Below are positions 9,151 through 18,239 of a stretch of 45,844 bases of DNA, piece after piece. Source of the stretch: Bifidobacterium breve (GTDB lineage: Bacteria; Actinomycetota; Actinomycetes; S36-B12; CAIYMF01); assembly GCA_943329595.2 (NCBI GenBank), contig CALQEM020000001.1, positions 1 through 45,844 of the forward strand. Direction: 5' to 3'. Numbering within the stretch: the stretch's first letter is position 1; every line of letters starts with the position of its first letter. The position numbers were made by a program, and so were the translations under genes. The notes beneath the pieces are model-generated. The model saw only the letters and a list, made by a program, of their open reading frames with translations. It was not told where the DNA came from and ran no database searches.

Positions 9151-10485
9151 ATGAGCACACGCGACCCCAAGCCCGAATCTGACGCCCCTCTCGCAACCGC
9201 CGAGCCTGAAATCAGCGGGCGGATGGGGCCGCTGCTGCTGCTTTCGGTGGCACTCGGCGTGGGCGGGGCACTGGTGGCCTCGCTATTCCTCGTCGTCGAG
9301 TCGGCCCTGCATCAGGCCATGTGGGTCGACCTGCCTGGTCACCTCGGCCTGAGCACCCCGTCGTGGTGGTACGTCGTGGTCGCCCTCCTCGTGGGCGCCC
9401 TGATCGTCCGAGTGGCCCAGCGGCTGCCCGGCCACACCGGGAGCGGCCCACTCGAAGGATTCCACTTCGACACTGGCCCCCGCATCATCGCGTCGGTGGT
9501 GGTGGCCGCGCTCGCCACGCTCGCCTTCGGCATGGTGCTCGGCCCGGAGGCACCCCTCATCGCCTGCGGCACCGCGCTCGGCGGACTGCTACTCAGGGGG
9601 CGCGACCCCAAGGTGGTGCAACTCGGCATGGCACTCGGCGGGGTGGCGGCGATCGGGGCCATCTTCGGCAACCCCCTGGTTACCGCGTTCATGATCCTCG
9701 AGTTCGCCGCCCTCGGGCCGCTCCCTGCCGCCGCCCTGCTGCCCATTCTTGTGGCCCTCGGCTCGGGGTACATCGTGCAGATCGGGCTCGGGCCCTGGTC
9801 TGGTCTGGGCACCCACTCGCTCGCCCTTCCGGGCCTGCCCGCCTTCACCGGACTCACCGGCGTTGAGTTGCTCGGGGGCGCTGGAGTGGCGGTGGTGGCC
9901 ACCGTGGTCGCCCTCGGTGCGCGTGAACTGGCCGAGCGCCTGCAGGCCGCCGGCAGGCGTCGGCCGACGCCCCTGCTCTTCGCCGCCGCCCTGTTCACGG
10001 CCCTCCTGGCCATCGGAATCAACCTCGTCACCGGCCAGTCGTACGACGCCGTGCTGTTCTCCGGCCAGGACTACCTCGGAACGCTGCTGGCTATCACGTC
10101 GGTGTCCACCCTGCTTCTCGTGCTGATCGCCAAGATGCTCGCGTACGCAGCGGCGCTGGGCGGCGGCTTCCGAGGAGGCCCGATCTTCCCGGCGGTGACG
10201 CTCGGTGTGACGGTCGGAGTGCTCGCTGCCCTCGTAGTCCCGGGGCTGAGCCTGCCGGGCATGGTGGTCGTGGGAATCGCGTCCACCACGGCGGCCATGA
10301 CGAAGCTGCCATTCACGGGCGCGATGCTCGCGGTGCTGCTCGCCAGCGCTGCGGGACCCACCGTGACGCCGCTCGCGATCCTCGGTGCGGTGGTGGGGTT
10401 CATCGCCCGGATGGGGCTCGACCGCCTCGACCAGCGGCGGGCAGACGTGACCACCACCTCGGACGCCCCGGCGCTGCCCGCCTAG
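9151..10485 (+). CDS. ClC-family chloride/anion channel
   Basis: About 10-12 TM helices with GPEAPLI and GGFRGGPIFPA selectivity-filter-like motifs. ATG 9151 (MSTRDPK). The 5' part of ORF 8740..10485 is antisense to the previous gene. Confidence 0.85.
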   Translation: MSTRDPKPESDAPLATAEPEISGRMGPLLLLSVALGVGGALVASLFLVVESALHQAMWVDLPGHLGLSTPSWWYVVVALLVGALIVRVAQRLPGHTGSGPLEGFHFDTGPRIIASVVVAALATLAFGMVLGPEAPLIACGTALGGLLLRGRDPKVVQLGMALGGVAAIGAIFGNPLVTAFMILEFAALGPLPAAALLPILVALGSGYIVQIGLGPWSGLGTHSLALPGLPAFTGLTGVELLGGAGVAVVATVVALGARELAERLQAAGRRRPTPLLFAAALFTALLAIGINLVTGQSYDAVLFSGQDYLGTLLAITSVSTLLLVLIAKMLAYAAALGGGFRGGPIFPAVTLGVTVGVLAALVVPGLSLPGMVVVGIASTTAAMTKLPFTGAMLAVLLASAAGPTVTPLAILGAVVGFIARMGLDRLDQRRADVTTTSDAPALPA

Positions 10486-10490
10486 GTGCC

Positions 10491-10607
10491 CGCGCCCACC
10501 CCGACCCCACCCCCTTCCCGATCTGTGGTGCGATCGGACACCAGTTCATGCTCATTCACACCACAGTTGGTGCCCGATCGCACCAGAGAACGCCGGGGCG
10601 GACGAGG
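10491..10607. repeat. Copy 1 of a 117-bp intergenic repeat element with an internal imperfect hairpin
   Basis: cgcgcccaccccgaccccacccccttcccgatctgtggtgcgatcgg...cccgatcgcaccagagaacgccggggcggacgagg. Arms 10522-10537 and 10573-10589 pair 16 bp with 1 mismatch. Confidence 0.9.
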
Positions 10608-10610
10608 GGC

Positions 10611-10640
10611 CACCCCCCACGCGCTCACCCCCCACGCGCT
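10611..10640. repeat. Perfect 15-bp tandem duplication (caccccccacgcgct x2) between the two 117-bp copies
   Basis: 10611-10625 and 10626-10640 are identical. Confidence 0.9.
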
Positions 10641-10644
10641 CGCC

Positions 10645-10760
10645 CGCGCCCACCCGACCCCACCCCCTTCCCGATCTGTGGTGCGATCGGACACCAGTTC
10701 ATGCTCATTCACACCACAGTTGGGGCCCGAACACACCAGAGAACGGCGGGGCGGACGAGG
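10645..10760. repeat. Copy 2 of the intergenic repeat element (116 bp, about 96% identical to copy 1)
   Basis: Same sequence as 10491-10607 apart from a 1-nt indel in the C-tract and 4 substitutions. Two of those substitutions fall in the 3' hairpin arm and are not compensated. Confidence 0.9.
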
Positions 10761-10790
10761 ATCGCGCTGGGAACTCCGCTTGAGGCACGC

Positions 10791-11639
10791 TCAGTGCAGC
10801 AGCGCGAGGCCCGACACCCCGATCACCAGCAGGGTGGCCCCCACGATCTGCTGCCGGCCTAGTGACTCTCGGAACAGGAGCCACGCCGCGATCGGCGTGA
10901 TCACGGCGTACTGGGCCACAAGCACGTCGGTGACCGCGATGCTGGTGCGGGCACCCAGCGGAATCAGCACGTTGACGCCCACCTCGGCCAGCCCCGACAG
11001 CAGCACCAGTGGAGCGGCCTGCCGGGTCAGCGTCAGCCGCCCGGCAAGAAGCAGGGGCAGCGCGATGACGAGTACGCCCAGCAGCCTCGGCGCCATCACG
11101 ATCCAACTCACCGGCAGCGACGTGCTCAGCCGGCCCATGAGGTAGAGGTTGAGCCCCCACGCCAGCGCGGCCACGAGCGCCAGGACGACCGCCAGCACCG
11201 GGCGCTCACCCTCGATCGGGAACGGGTCGTTAGCCGCACCCGCCACCACCACTCCCACCACGGTGATGGCGAGCATCACCAGCGCAGCGGTCGCTAGTCG
11301 CTCGCCCGCGAGCATGGCGAACACCGCCCCGACGGCCCCCTCAGTGGCGAGGATGGGAGTGATTACACCCACCTTGCCGACCTTCAGCGCCACGAAGACG
11401 AGCAGGTATCCACCCACCTGACAGACCGCCATGAGCAGCAGCAGAGCGCCGTCGACTCCCGCGAGCGAGGGGGGCACCCCATCGGCCAGAGCCCACGGCA
11501 GCGTCACGACGAGACCCACCAGCATCACCCAGGCGAGCACCGGGAAGTTGCCGATCATGCGAATCGAGCGCGACGAGCTGAGCAGGCTCATCGAGATCAG
11601 AACCGAGGCCGCGAGCCCACAGATGATGGCCGCCGTCAT
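10791..11639 (-). CDS. EamA/DMT-family transporter
   Basis: 282 aa with 10 hydrophobic helices in two EamA-like halves. The ATG overlaps the upstream stop as ATGA (11636-11639). Confidence 0.8.
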   Translation of the reverse strand: MTAAIICGLAASVLISMSLLSSSRSIRMIGNFPVLAWVMLVGLVVTLPWALADGVPPSLAGVDGALLLLMAVCQVGGYLLVFVALKVGKVGVITPILATEGAVGAVFAMLAGERLATAALVMLAITVVGVVVAGAANDPFPIEGERPVLAVVLALVAALAWGLNLYLMGRLSTSLPVSWIVMAPRLLGVLVIALPLLLAGRLTLTRQAAPLVLLSGLAEVGVNVLIPLGARTSIAVTDVLVAQYAVITPIAAWLLFRESLGRQQIVGATLLVIGVSGLALLH

Positions 11640-12883
11640 GCGATCGAGAGGGTGACGTCACCGTCGTCGGCTCGGGCCTGGCTCACCAGGCCCCATGGAA
11701 TCCGGAAGGCACGACCCGGTGCGAGGGGCCACGGGAGGCGTCGACGCGCGAGCAGTTGGCCGTCCTGCCGCGCCTCGACGTGCGGAAGGCGGTGGTACTC
11801 GCTCGCCCACGCCACCAGCCGCTCTCGAGGGGGCGCGGGGTCACCCGGGCGCATGAGCCCCGGGGCCACCCAGAGCAGCGGGTCGGCGGCGACCAGTCGA
11901 ACGGCGCTGGCTCCCCGTCGGTTCCCCGCTAGGAACCGGCTTACCTGGGCGGCTACGTGCCCACCGTCAAGGGCCGCGACGTCGGCGGTGTCGACGGGAT
12001 GCAGGAGGTTGCCCGCGGCGAAGACTCCGTCAGCACTGGTGCGAAGGGCGGTGTCGACCAGCGGGCCGAGGTGGCGCGGATCTATGTCGACACCCCGCAG
12101 TCGGGCGAGCTCATTGTCAGGAATCCAGTTGCCGGTGAACACGACGGTGTCACAGTGAACGATGCGTCGTGCCCCCGTGTCGAGAGCCTCGACCTCGACC
12201 CCGGTCACCCGCTTTCGTCCCAGCACCCGCAGCACGCGCGTACGAGTGGCAAGCGGGACCCGCAGCGCCAGGCGGCCTGGTATCGCGAACGCCGCATACG
12301 AGTCGACCCGGACGTGCTCGGTGGTCATGAGCGCCGTGCCGCACCCCACCTCGCGCAGGGTGAGCGCCGCCGACCAGCTCACCAGCTCGGCGCCGACGAT
12401 GACCGCGCTCTCGCCCACGCGCCGTCCCTTGAGGTGCACAAGAGACTGAAGCTGGCCTGTGGTGAGCACTCCGGCTGGCCTATCGCCCGGTATCCGTCGC
12501 GCCGCCCGGGGCCGCTCACGGGCGCCAGTGGCGAGCACCACCGCGCGCGCGCTGACCAGTTCGCGGCCGAGCGGGCTGGTGACCTCGAGGGTGAGACCGT
12601 CGGCCCACCCGGTGGCCATGGCCCCCGAGCGCACGTCAGCACCAGCATCGACCGCGGCCAGGGTGAGGCGTCGGGCGTAGTCGGGACCCTGCAGCACGCG
12701 TCGCATATCGCGCAGCCCGTAGCCCGTGTGGTGGCTGTGGCGCGGAATGCCCCCGGCCTCCGACTCGCGCTCGAGCACCACCACCGAGCCCACGCCGGCC
12801 TCGCACAGCGCTCGGGCCGCGGTGAGCCCGGCCGGGCCGCCGCCGACCACCACGACGTCAGCGTGGGTCTCGCGCGGAGTCAT
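11636..12883 (-). CDS. FAD/NAD(P)-dependent oxidoreductase (pyridine nucleotide-disulfide oxidoreductase-like)
   Basis: ADVVVVGGGPAGLTAARAL dinucleotide fold and a second GxGxxG-like AVIVGAELVSWSAALTL. Start at ATG 12883 forms ATGA with the upstream stop. Confidence 0.8.
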   Translation of the reverse strand: MTPRETHADVVVVGGGPAGLTAARALCEAGVGSVVVLERESEAGGIPRHSHHTGYGLRDMRRVLQGPDYARRLTLAAVDAGADVRSGAMATGWADGLTLEVTSPLGRELVSARAVVLATGARERPRAARRIPGDRPAGVLTTGQLQSLVHLKGRRVGESAVIVGAELVSWSAALTLREVGCGTALMTTEHVRVDSYAAFAIPGRLALRVPLATRTRVLRVLGRKRVTGVEVEALDTGARRIVHCDTVVFTGNWIPDNELARLRGVDIDPRHLGPLVDTALRTSADGVFAAGNLLHPVDTADVAALDGGHVAAQVSRFLAGNRRGASAVRLVAADPLLWVAPGLMRPGDPAPPRERLVAWASEYHRLPHVEARQDGQLLARRRLPWPLAPGRAFRIPWGLVSQARADDGDVTLSIA

Positions 12884-14259
12884 CGCGACCCCTCGGCCAG
12901 CATCGACTCGACCTCGGCCCCGCAGTAGAAGCCCTGGCAACGGCCCAGTTGCGCGCGTGTGCGCCGCCGCAGCCCGTCGAGGTCACGCGGCGGGATCGAA
13001 GAACGCAGCGCATCACGAATCTCGCCGCGCGAGACGCGCTCGCAGAAGCAGACGATCTCGCCGTAGGCACTGTCGCCCTCGATGAGGTCGGCGCGCTGGT
13101 AGGGCCGCGGGAACGCCTCGCCGATGTTCGGCATGCTGGGCGCGGGGGGCAGGTCATCGCGTGGAACGAGAACGAGGCCCGCCTCAGACATCAGCCCACG
13201 CACGTACTCGGCGATGGCGAGCGAGGCGGTAAGGCCGGTCGACCGAATCCCCCCGACCACCACGTAGCGCTGGTCAGCGTCGGCCTCGATCACGTAGTCA
13301 GGGTGCTCGGTCGCCGCACGCAGGCCCGCGTACGAGGCTGTGACCTCTTCCACGAGCAGCGCCGGCATGAGCGCCCGACCCTTTTCGAGCAGGAACGCGA
13401 AGCCTGCCTCTGAGGTGGACGTGTCGGCGCGATCGACGAGATTTTCAGCCGTGGGCCCCAGCATGACGTTGCCGTAGATCGTGGGGCTCACCAGCACGCC
13501 CTTACCGCGGGCGCTCGGCACCGGCAGCACGATCACGTCCACCAGCGGTCGGGCCAGCTTGTCGAAGACGAGCAGTTCGCCGCGCCGGGGCACGATGGTG
13601 AAGCGGTGGTGGCCGAGCATTGCGTCGATGCCGTCGCTTCCGAGGCCGGCCGCGTTGACCACCCACCCCGCCTCGATGTCGCCGCGACTCGTCTCGACCA
13701 CGCTGCGGGCCCCCGGTCGCACTCCCAGCACTCGATGGTCGAGCAGCAGTGTCACGCCACGTGCCACCGCCTCCGTGGCGTAGGCGAGGGTGGTGGTCCA
13801 GGGGCAGATGATCGCCTCGTCCGGCACCGAGAGTCCACCCCGCACCCCCGGCCCGAGCGCCGGCACCATCGCGTACACAGCGTGGGCGTCGAGAAGCTCG
13901 CACTTCGAATAGCCATTCTTCACCGCCTTGTCGAGCAGGCCCGGCAGGCTGGCCAGCTCGTCGTCGCCCCACGCCACGAGAATGGCCCCCGTGCGCTCAA
14001 CCGGAATGCCCACCTCGCGCGCGTAGGCGCCGAGCAGCTCGAAGCCCCGCGCCACCAGCGTCGACTCAAGCGTGCCGGGGGTTGCATCGAAGCCCGTGTG
14101 AAGAATCGCGGTGTTGGACTTGCTCGTGGCGTCGCCCACGTCGTGACGGGCCTCGACTAGCGCCACCTCGAGGTTGAAGCTGGCGAGCTCCCTCGCGATC
14201 GCGGCGCCCACCACCCCCGCACCGATGACCACCACGTCGAAGGTTCGCCCCTCGGTCAT
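12880..14259 (-). CDS. FAD-dependent glycerol-3-phosphate dehydrogenase-like oxidoreductase with a C-terminal BFD-like [2Fe-2S] Cys motif
   Basis: FDVVVIGAGVVGAAIARELA...SKSNTAILHTGFDA (DAO family). C-terminus CFCERVSRGEIRDAL...CQGFYC. Start at ATG 14259 forms ATGA with the kinase stop. Confidence 0.8.
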   Translation of the reverse strand: MTEGRTFDVVVIGAGVVGAAIARELASFNLEVALVEARHDVGDATSKSNTAILHTGFDATPGTLESTLVARGFELLGAYAREVGIPVERTGAILVAWGDDELASLPGLLDKAVKNGYSKCELLDAHAVYAMVPALGPGVRGGLSVPDEAIICPWTTTLAYATEAVARGVTLLLDHRVLGVRPGARSVVETSRGDIEAGWVVNAAGLGSDGIDAMLGHHRFTIVPRRGELLVFDKLARPLVDVIVLPVPSARGKGVLVSPTIYGNVMLGPTAENLVDRADTSTSEAGFAFLLEKGRALMPALLVEEVTASYAGLRAATEHPDYVIEADADQRYVVVGGIRSTGLTASLAIAEYVRGLMSEAGLVLVPRDDLPPAPSMPNIGEAFPRPYQRADLIEGDSAYGEIVCFCERVSRGEIRDALRSSIPPRDLDGLRRRTRAQLGRCQGFYCGAEVESMLAEGSR

Positions 14260-15710
14260 GACACTCCCCCCGGCACGGCGCTCAACTCGGCCGCCGCCAG
14301 CCACCCCGCCATGAAACCGGCCGCGCGGTCGGCCGACCAGCGCGGCTCGAAGGTGGCCGACGGACGCCACTGTGGCAGCACGTCGGCCAGCGCGACCGTG
14401 TGGTCGAGGGCCATCTGCGCGAGCGCCGCGGCCCCCATCGGGGTCGCGTGCGGCGAGGGGAACACCTCGACCGGCACCTGCAGCAGGTCGGCCTGAGCCT
14501 GCATCAGAGTGCGAGACGACGTGAGGCCGCCATCAACCCGCAGTGATGTGAGGGGGCTGCCAAGGTCGGTAGCGAACACCGAGGCGAGGGCTGCCACCTG
14601 TGCCGTGATGCCTTCGACAACCGCCCTGACGATCGCACCCGCATCGGTTGAGAGCGTCATTCCTGTCAGGGTCGCGCGGGCCTCGGGGCGCCACCACGGC
14701 GCAGCCAGACCAGCCAGCGCGGGTACGAAGAGCACGCCGTCACTGTCGGCCGAGGCTGCGGAGTCGAGCTCGAGCGCCGACCCGATGAGTCCGAGCTCGC
14801 TGATCCATCGGATGGCCGACGCGGCTGTATACACCTGCCCGTCGAGGCAGTAGGGCGCCCCCTCGCGGGTACTCCACGCCACCGAGGCGGTGAGTCCGGC
14901 CGACGACCGCGCAGGCGCCGCACCCGCGTTGGCCAGCAGGAAGGCGCCGGTGCCGTAGGTGCACTTGGCCTCACCGAGGACGAGGCACCGCTCGGCGAGG
15001 AGGGCCGCCTGCTGGTCGACCACCAGGCCAGCAACCGGCAGGTCGGCGCCGAAGACCGAGGTGGTGCCGACCACCTCGTCACAGTTGACCAGTCGCGGCA
15101 GCGGCTCATCACCGAGCCCGAACAGTGTTGCCAACTCGGGGTCCCACTGGCGCGAGTCGAGATCGAGGAGTAGCGAGCGGCTCGCGGTGGTGACGTCGGT
15201 GACGAACTCGCCGGTGAGTCGGTGCACCAACCAGGAGTCCGTGGTGGTGACAACACCCTCGCGGGTCACATGCCGCCGCAACCAGGCCATCTTGGGCGCC
15301 GAGAAGTACGGGTCGAGCACGAGTCCGGTGCGCCTCGCGAGGAGTTCGGCAGCGTCGCCCAGCGCAGCCACCTCGGCGCAGATCGGCTCCGACCGGCGGT
15401 CCTGCCACACGATCGCCTGCGACAGCGGCTCGCCGGTAACTGGGTTCCAGGCCAGCACTGTCTCACCCTGATTGGCCAGTGCCACGACGTCGACTCGAAC
15501 CCCGGCCGCTCGGGCGCGGGCCACGGCCTCGCGCCCGGCCGCGAGCACCGACTCGAGCAGTTCGGCGGGGTCCTGCTCGACACCACCTCCCTCGAGGTAG
15601 CGGGGACGCACCTCCACCTCGGCCAGCGCAACCACGTCACCGTCGTCGTTGACGACGATCGCCTTAGTTCCGGAGGTGCCTTGGTCAATCGACAGAACGG
15701 CCATGCGCAC
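14256..15710 (-). CDS. glpK: Glycerol kinase-like FGGY carbohydrate kinase
   Basis: LSIDQGTSGTKAIVV, AIVWQDRRS and FGGY C-terminal blocks. ATG 15710 or 15704. Confidence 0.75.
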   Translation of the reverse strand: MRMAVLSIDQGTSGTKAIVVNDDGDVVALAEVEVRPRYLEGGGVEQDPAELLESVLAAGREAVARARAAGVRVDVVALANQGETVLAWNPVTGEPLSQAIVWQDRRSEPICAEVAALGDAAELLARRTGLVLDPYFSAPKMAWLRRHVTREGVVTTTDSWLVHRLTGEFVTDVTTASRSLLLDLDSRQWDPELATLFGLGDEPLPRLVNCDEVVGTTSVFGADLPVAGLVVDQQAALLAERCLVLGEAKCTYGTGAFLLANAGAAPARSSAGLTASVAWSTREGAPYCLDGQVYTAASAIRWISELGLIGSALELDSAASADSDGVLFVPALAGLAAPWWRPEARATLTGMTLSTDAGAIVRAVVEGITAQVAALASVFATDLGSPLTSLRVDGGLTSSRTLMQAQADLLQVPVEVFPSPHATPMGAAALAQMALDHTVALADVLPQWRPSATFEPRWSADRAAGFMAGWLAAAELSAVPGGVS

Positions 15711-15725
15711 CTCCCTCGCGTCGGG

Positions 15726-16277
15726 TCAGCTCGCCTGCTCGTGCGCGCTGGTGCGCCCATCATGTCGCGCCTCGAGGCGGAACCACCTCATGCCCTCGCG
15801 CATGCCCATGTGGGTGAATCCTGCACGCAGAAGCACACGCTGGCTGGCCGTGTTGCCGGGGTCGGTTTCCGCCTCGACCGACAGCTTGTTCGCATGGTCG
15901 TGCGCGAGCCCGACGAGCGCGCGCACCGCTTCGGTCGCGTAGCCGCGCCCCCGCGCACTGGCCGCTAGCCCATACCCGACTTCGATCACCCCCGCGCGCG
16001 GCGGCCCCTTGAAGCCAGCCCCGCCCACCACGACTTCGGTGGCACGCTCGACCACCTGGTAGGTGCACCAGGGCGGCTGTGGCTCCTCGCCCGACTCCAT
16101 CGCGAGGGCAGCAACCACCACGTCTTCCTCGGTGGGGTAGTCGTCCGCCCACGCGCGTCCCTCACGTCTGCCGTCGACGATGGCCCGTGACTCGTCGGAA
16201 GTCAGCACCCTCAGAACGAGTCGCTCGGTGACGACCGTGGCCGCAGGGAGTGCTGGTGGAGTGGGCGGCCTGCACAT
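15726..16277 (-). CDS. GNAT-family N-acetyltransferase (RimJ/RimL-like)
   Basis: TERLVLRVL...IEVGYGLAASARGRGYATEAVRALVGLAH...NTASQRVLLRAGF. Its stop lies only 15 nt upstream of the kinase start. Confidence 0.8.
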   Translation of the reverse strand: MCRPPTPPALPAATVVTERLVLRVLTSDESRAIVDGRREGRAWADDYPTEEDVVVAALAMESGEEPQPPWCTYQVVERATEVVVGGAGFKGPPRAGVIEVGYGLAASARGRGYATEAVRALVGLAHDHANKLSVEAETDPGNTASQRVLLRAGFTHMGMREGMRWFRLEARHDGRTSAHEQAS

Positions 16278-16370
16278 AGGCCCCAGTCTCCACCCACCCG
16301 TGTGCAGCGAGTAGCGGCCGGCCTGTGGGCCTCAGCGCAGGGACTCCGTCAGTCGGCCTAGGGTGGGGCC

Positions 16371-17252
16371 GTGCGGCCGACGTGGGCAGAGCGACTCGCA
16401 CCGATCGCTTTCGTGCTCGTGTGGAGCACCGGATTCATTGGGTCGAAGTACACCGTTCCGTACGCTCCCCCGTTCAGCTTGCTCACCATCAGGCTCAGCG
16501 TGGCCTCCGTCGCGCTTGCGATCTTGTCACTCGTGTTCCAGTCAACATGGCCGCGCACACGCGAGGCGTACCAGCGGTCGACCCTCATCGGGGTGCTGCT
16601 GCACGGGGGCTACCTCGGCGCGGTGTTCGTGTCGATCGAGATGGGCCTGCCCGTAGCCGTGGCCGCACTGATCGTGTGCCTCCAGCCGGTGTGTGTCGCC
16701 GCGCTCAGCCAACCCGTGCTCGGTACCTCGCTCACCCGGCGGCAGTGGACCGGCATCGCCCTCGGCCTCGCTGGCGTACTCGTGGTGCTGGCTCCCGGAC
16801 TTGCCGCAGGCGTGGGTGCCGATGGCTACGCGCCCACGGCCGTGCTCGTCGGCGCGGTGGCGCTGGTCTGCTCGACGGTGGCCACCCTGCTTCAGAAGAA
16901 GCACGGCCAGGGCATTCCCATGCTTCCCGGAACCGCCATTCAATATGCCGCAGCCGCCGCGGTGCTCTTCGTCGCGGCACTGGCCTTCGACCGGCGGCCG
17001 GTGCTGTGGACGCCCCAGTTCATTGGCGCCCTCGCGTGGATGGTGATCGCGCTCTCGATCGGCGCCGTGCTGCTGATGTTCTGGCTGCTTCGCCGGGGCA
17101 CCGCCGCAGGCTTTTCGAGCCTCTACTACCTCGTGCCACCGGTGACCCTCATGATGGGATACCTGCTGTTCGGCCAGACGCTTGCGCCCGTGGCGCTCGT
17201 GGGGTTCGCGATCAGCTCGCTGGGTGTGCTGCTCGTGCGCGACACCCCATGA
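16371..17252 (+). CDS. EamA/DMT-family transporter
   Basis: GTG 16371. APIAFVLVWSTGFIGSKY and 10 predicted helices. Confidence 0.8.
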   Translation: MRPTWAERLAPIAFVLVWSTGFIGSKYTVPYAPPFSLLTIRLSVASVALAILSLVFQSTWPRTREAYQRSTLIGVLLHGGYLGAVFVSIEMGLPVAVAALIVCLQPVCVAALSQPVLGTSLTRRQWTGIALGLAGVLVVLAPGLAAGVGADGYAPTAVLVGAVALVCSTVATLLQKKHGQGIPMLPGTAIQYAAAAAVLFVAALAFDRRPVLWTPQFIGALAWMVIALSIGAVLLMFWLLRRGTAAGFSSLYYLVPPVTLMMGYLLFGQTLAPVALVGFAISSLGVLLVRDTP

Positions 17253-17270
17253 CAGGGTGCCTCACTGCCC

Positions 17271-18239
17271 TCACGCCAGTTGCTGACTCCACACCAGAGC
17301 GGCCACAGCCGCAAGCGCCATGAGCAGGAAGGCGATGGCCGCGAACGCCACGGTGATCTCCACGGTCTGGAGGTCGTAGCCGACGCTGCCCCCAATTTCT
17401 CCGTACACCTCCGACAACTCGGAGGCCGACTCGGCGGTGAAGGTCTTGCCACCGGTGGCCTCGGCGATAGCCCGCATCGCCACCGGGTCGTAGGGCACGG
17501 GGATGGTCTCACCCTGCACGACGACGGTGCCGTCATCGGTGCCGAAGGCGATCGTGGTGATGGGTATGCCCTCAGACTTGGCGCGCGTTGACGCTTCGAC
17601 AACCGACTCCTCCGGCGTCAGGTTGCCCGACCCGTAGGTGGGCGACCCGTCACTCATGAGCACCACCGCTGCAGGGGCGCGCTTGCCTTCGGCATCGGCG
17701 GGCACACCCCCGATGGCGTCGAGCGCTAGGTCGATGCCCGAACCCGTACCTGTTCCGGTGCCCATGCGCATGGCGTCGATCGCACCGAGCAGCGCGGCTC
17801 GGTCGGTGGTCGGCGGCATGGCGAGCCGCGCGTTGCGATCGAAGGTGACCAGCCCGACCTGGATGGTAGCCGGCAGGCTCAGCACGAAGTCGCGCGCCGA
17901 CTGCTGGGCCGCCGCGAAGCGCGAGGGCGACACATCGTCGGCCGACATTGAAGCTGAGGTGTCGAGCGTGAGCATGATGGTGGCTCGCTCCTTGGGGGTG
18001 CGCATCGCTAGCGCCGGCTGCGCCAGCGTGACCGCGCCCACGGCAACCGCCGCGATGAGTGCCGCCCACGGCAGGTGCCGCTGCCAACCCGAGCGCCTCG
18101 GCAGCACCGAGGCGAGGAGGTCGACGCTGCTGAAGCGCGCGGCCACACCGGCGCGACGCCGTGACCTCACCACGTACGCCACCAGAAGTGCGATCGGCAC
18201 GACGAGCAGCAGCAATCGCCAGCCAGCAAGGAAGGTCAT
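17271..18239 (-). CDS. VWA-domain membrane protein (BatA-like)
   Basis: N- and C-terminal TM helices flank a VWA domain with the MIDAS motif LTLDTSASMS. ATGA overlap with the DUF58 stop (18236-18239). Confidence 0.85.
   Translation of the reverse strand: MTFLAGWRLLLLVVPIALLVAYVVRSRRRAGVAARFSSVDLLASVLPRRSGWQRHLPWAALIAAVAVGAVTLAQPALAMRTPKERATIMLTLDTSASMSADDVSPSRFAAAQQSARDFVLSLPATIQVGLVTFDRNARLAMPPTTDRAALLGAIDAMRMGTGTGTGSGIDLALDAIGGVPADAEGKRAPAAVVLMSDGSPTYGSGNLTPEESVVEASTRAKSEGIPITTIAFGTDDGTVVVQGETIPVPYDPVAMRAIAEATGGKTFTAESASELSEVYGEIGGSVGYDLQTVEITVAFAAIAFLLMALAAVAALVWSQQLA

Noticed and set aside
10491-10760. Possible CRISPR array or tRNA-derived att site.
   Set aside because: There are only two repeats, each 117 bp long, separated by a 37-bp spacer that is itself a 15-bp tandem. 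No cas genes, integrase or tRNA-like cloverleaf are present.
10482-11145. ORFs crossing the 117-bp repeats (84 aa minus strand, 219 aa and 104 aa plus strand) that encode repeated peptides.
   Set aside because: The peptide repeats simply reflect the DNA duplication. No SD or start context is present. The 219-aa ORF continues antisense into the EamA gene. The region lies between two convergent stops.
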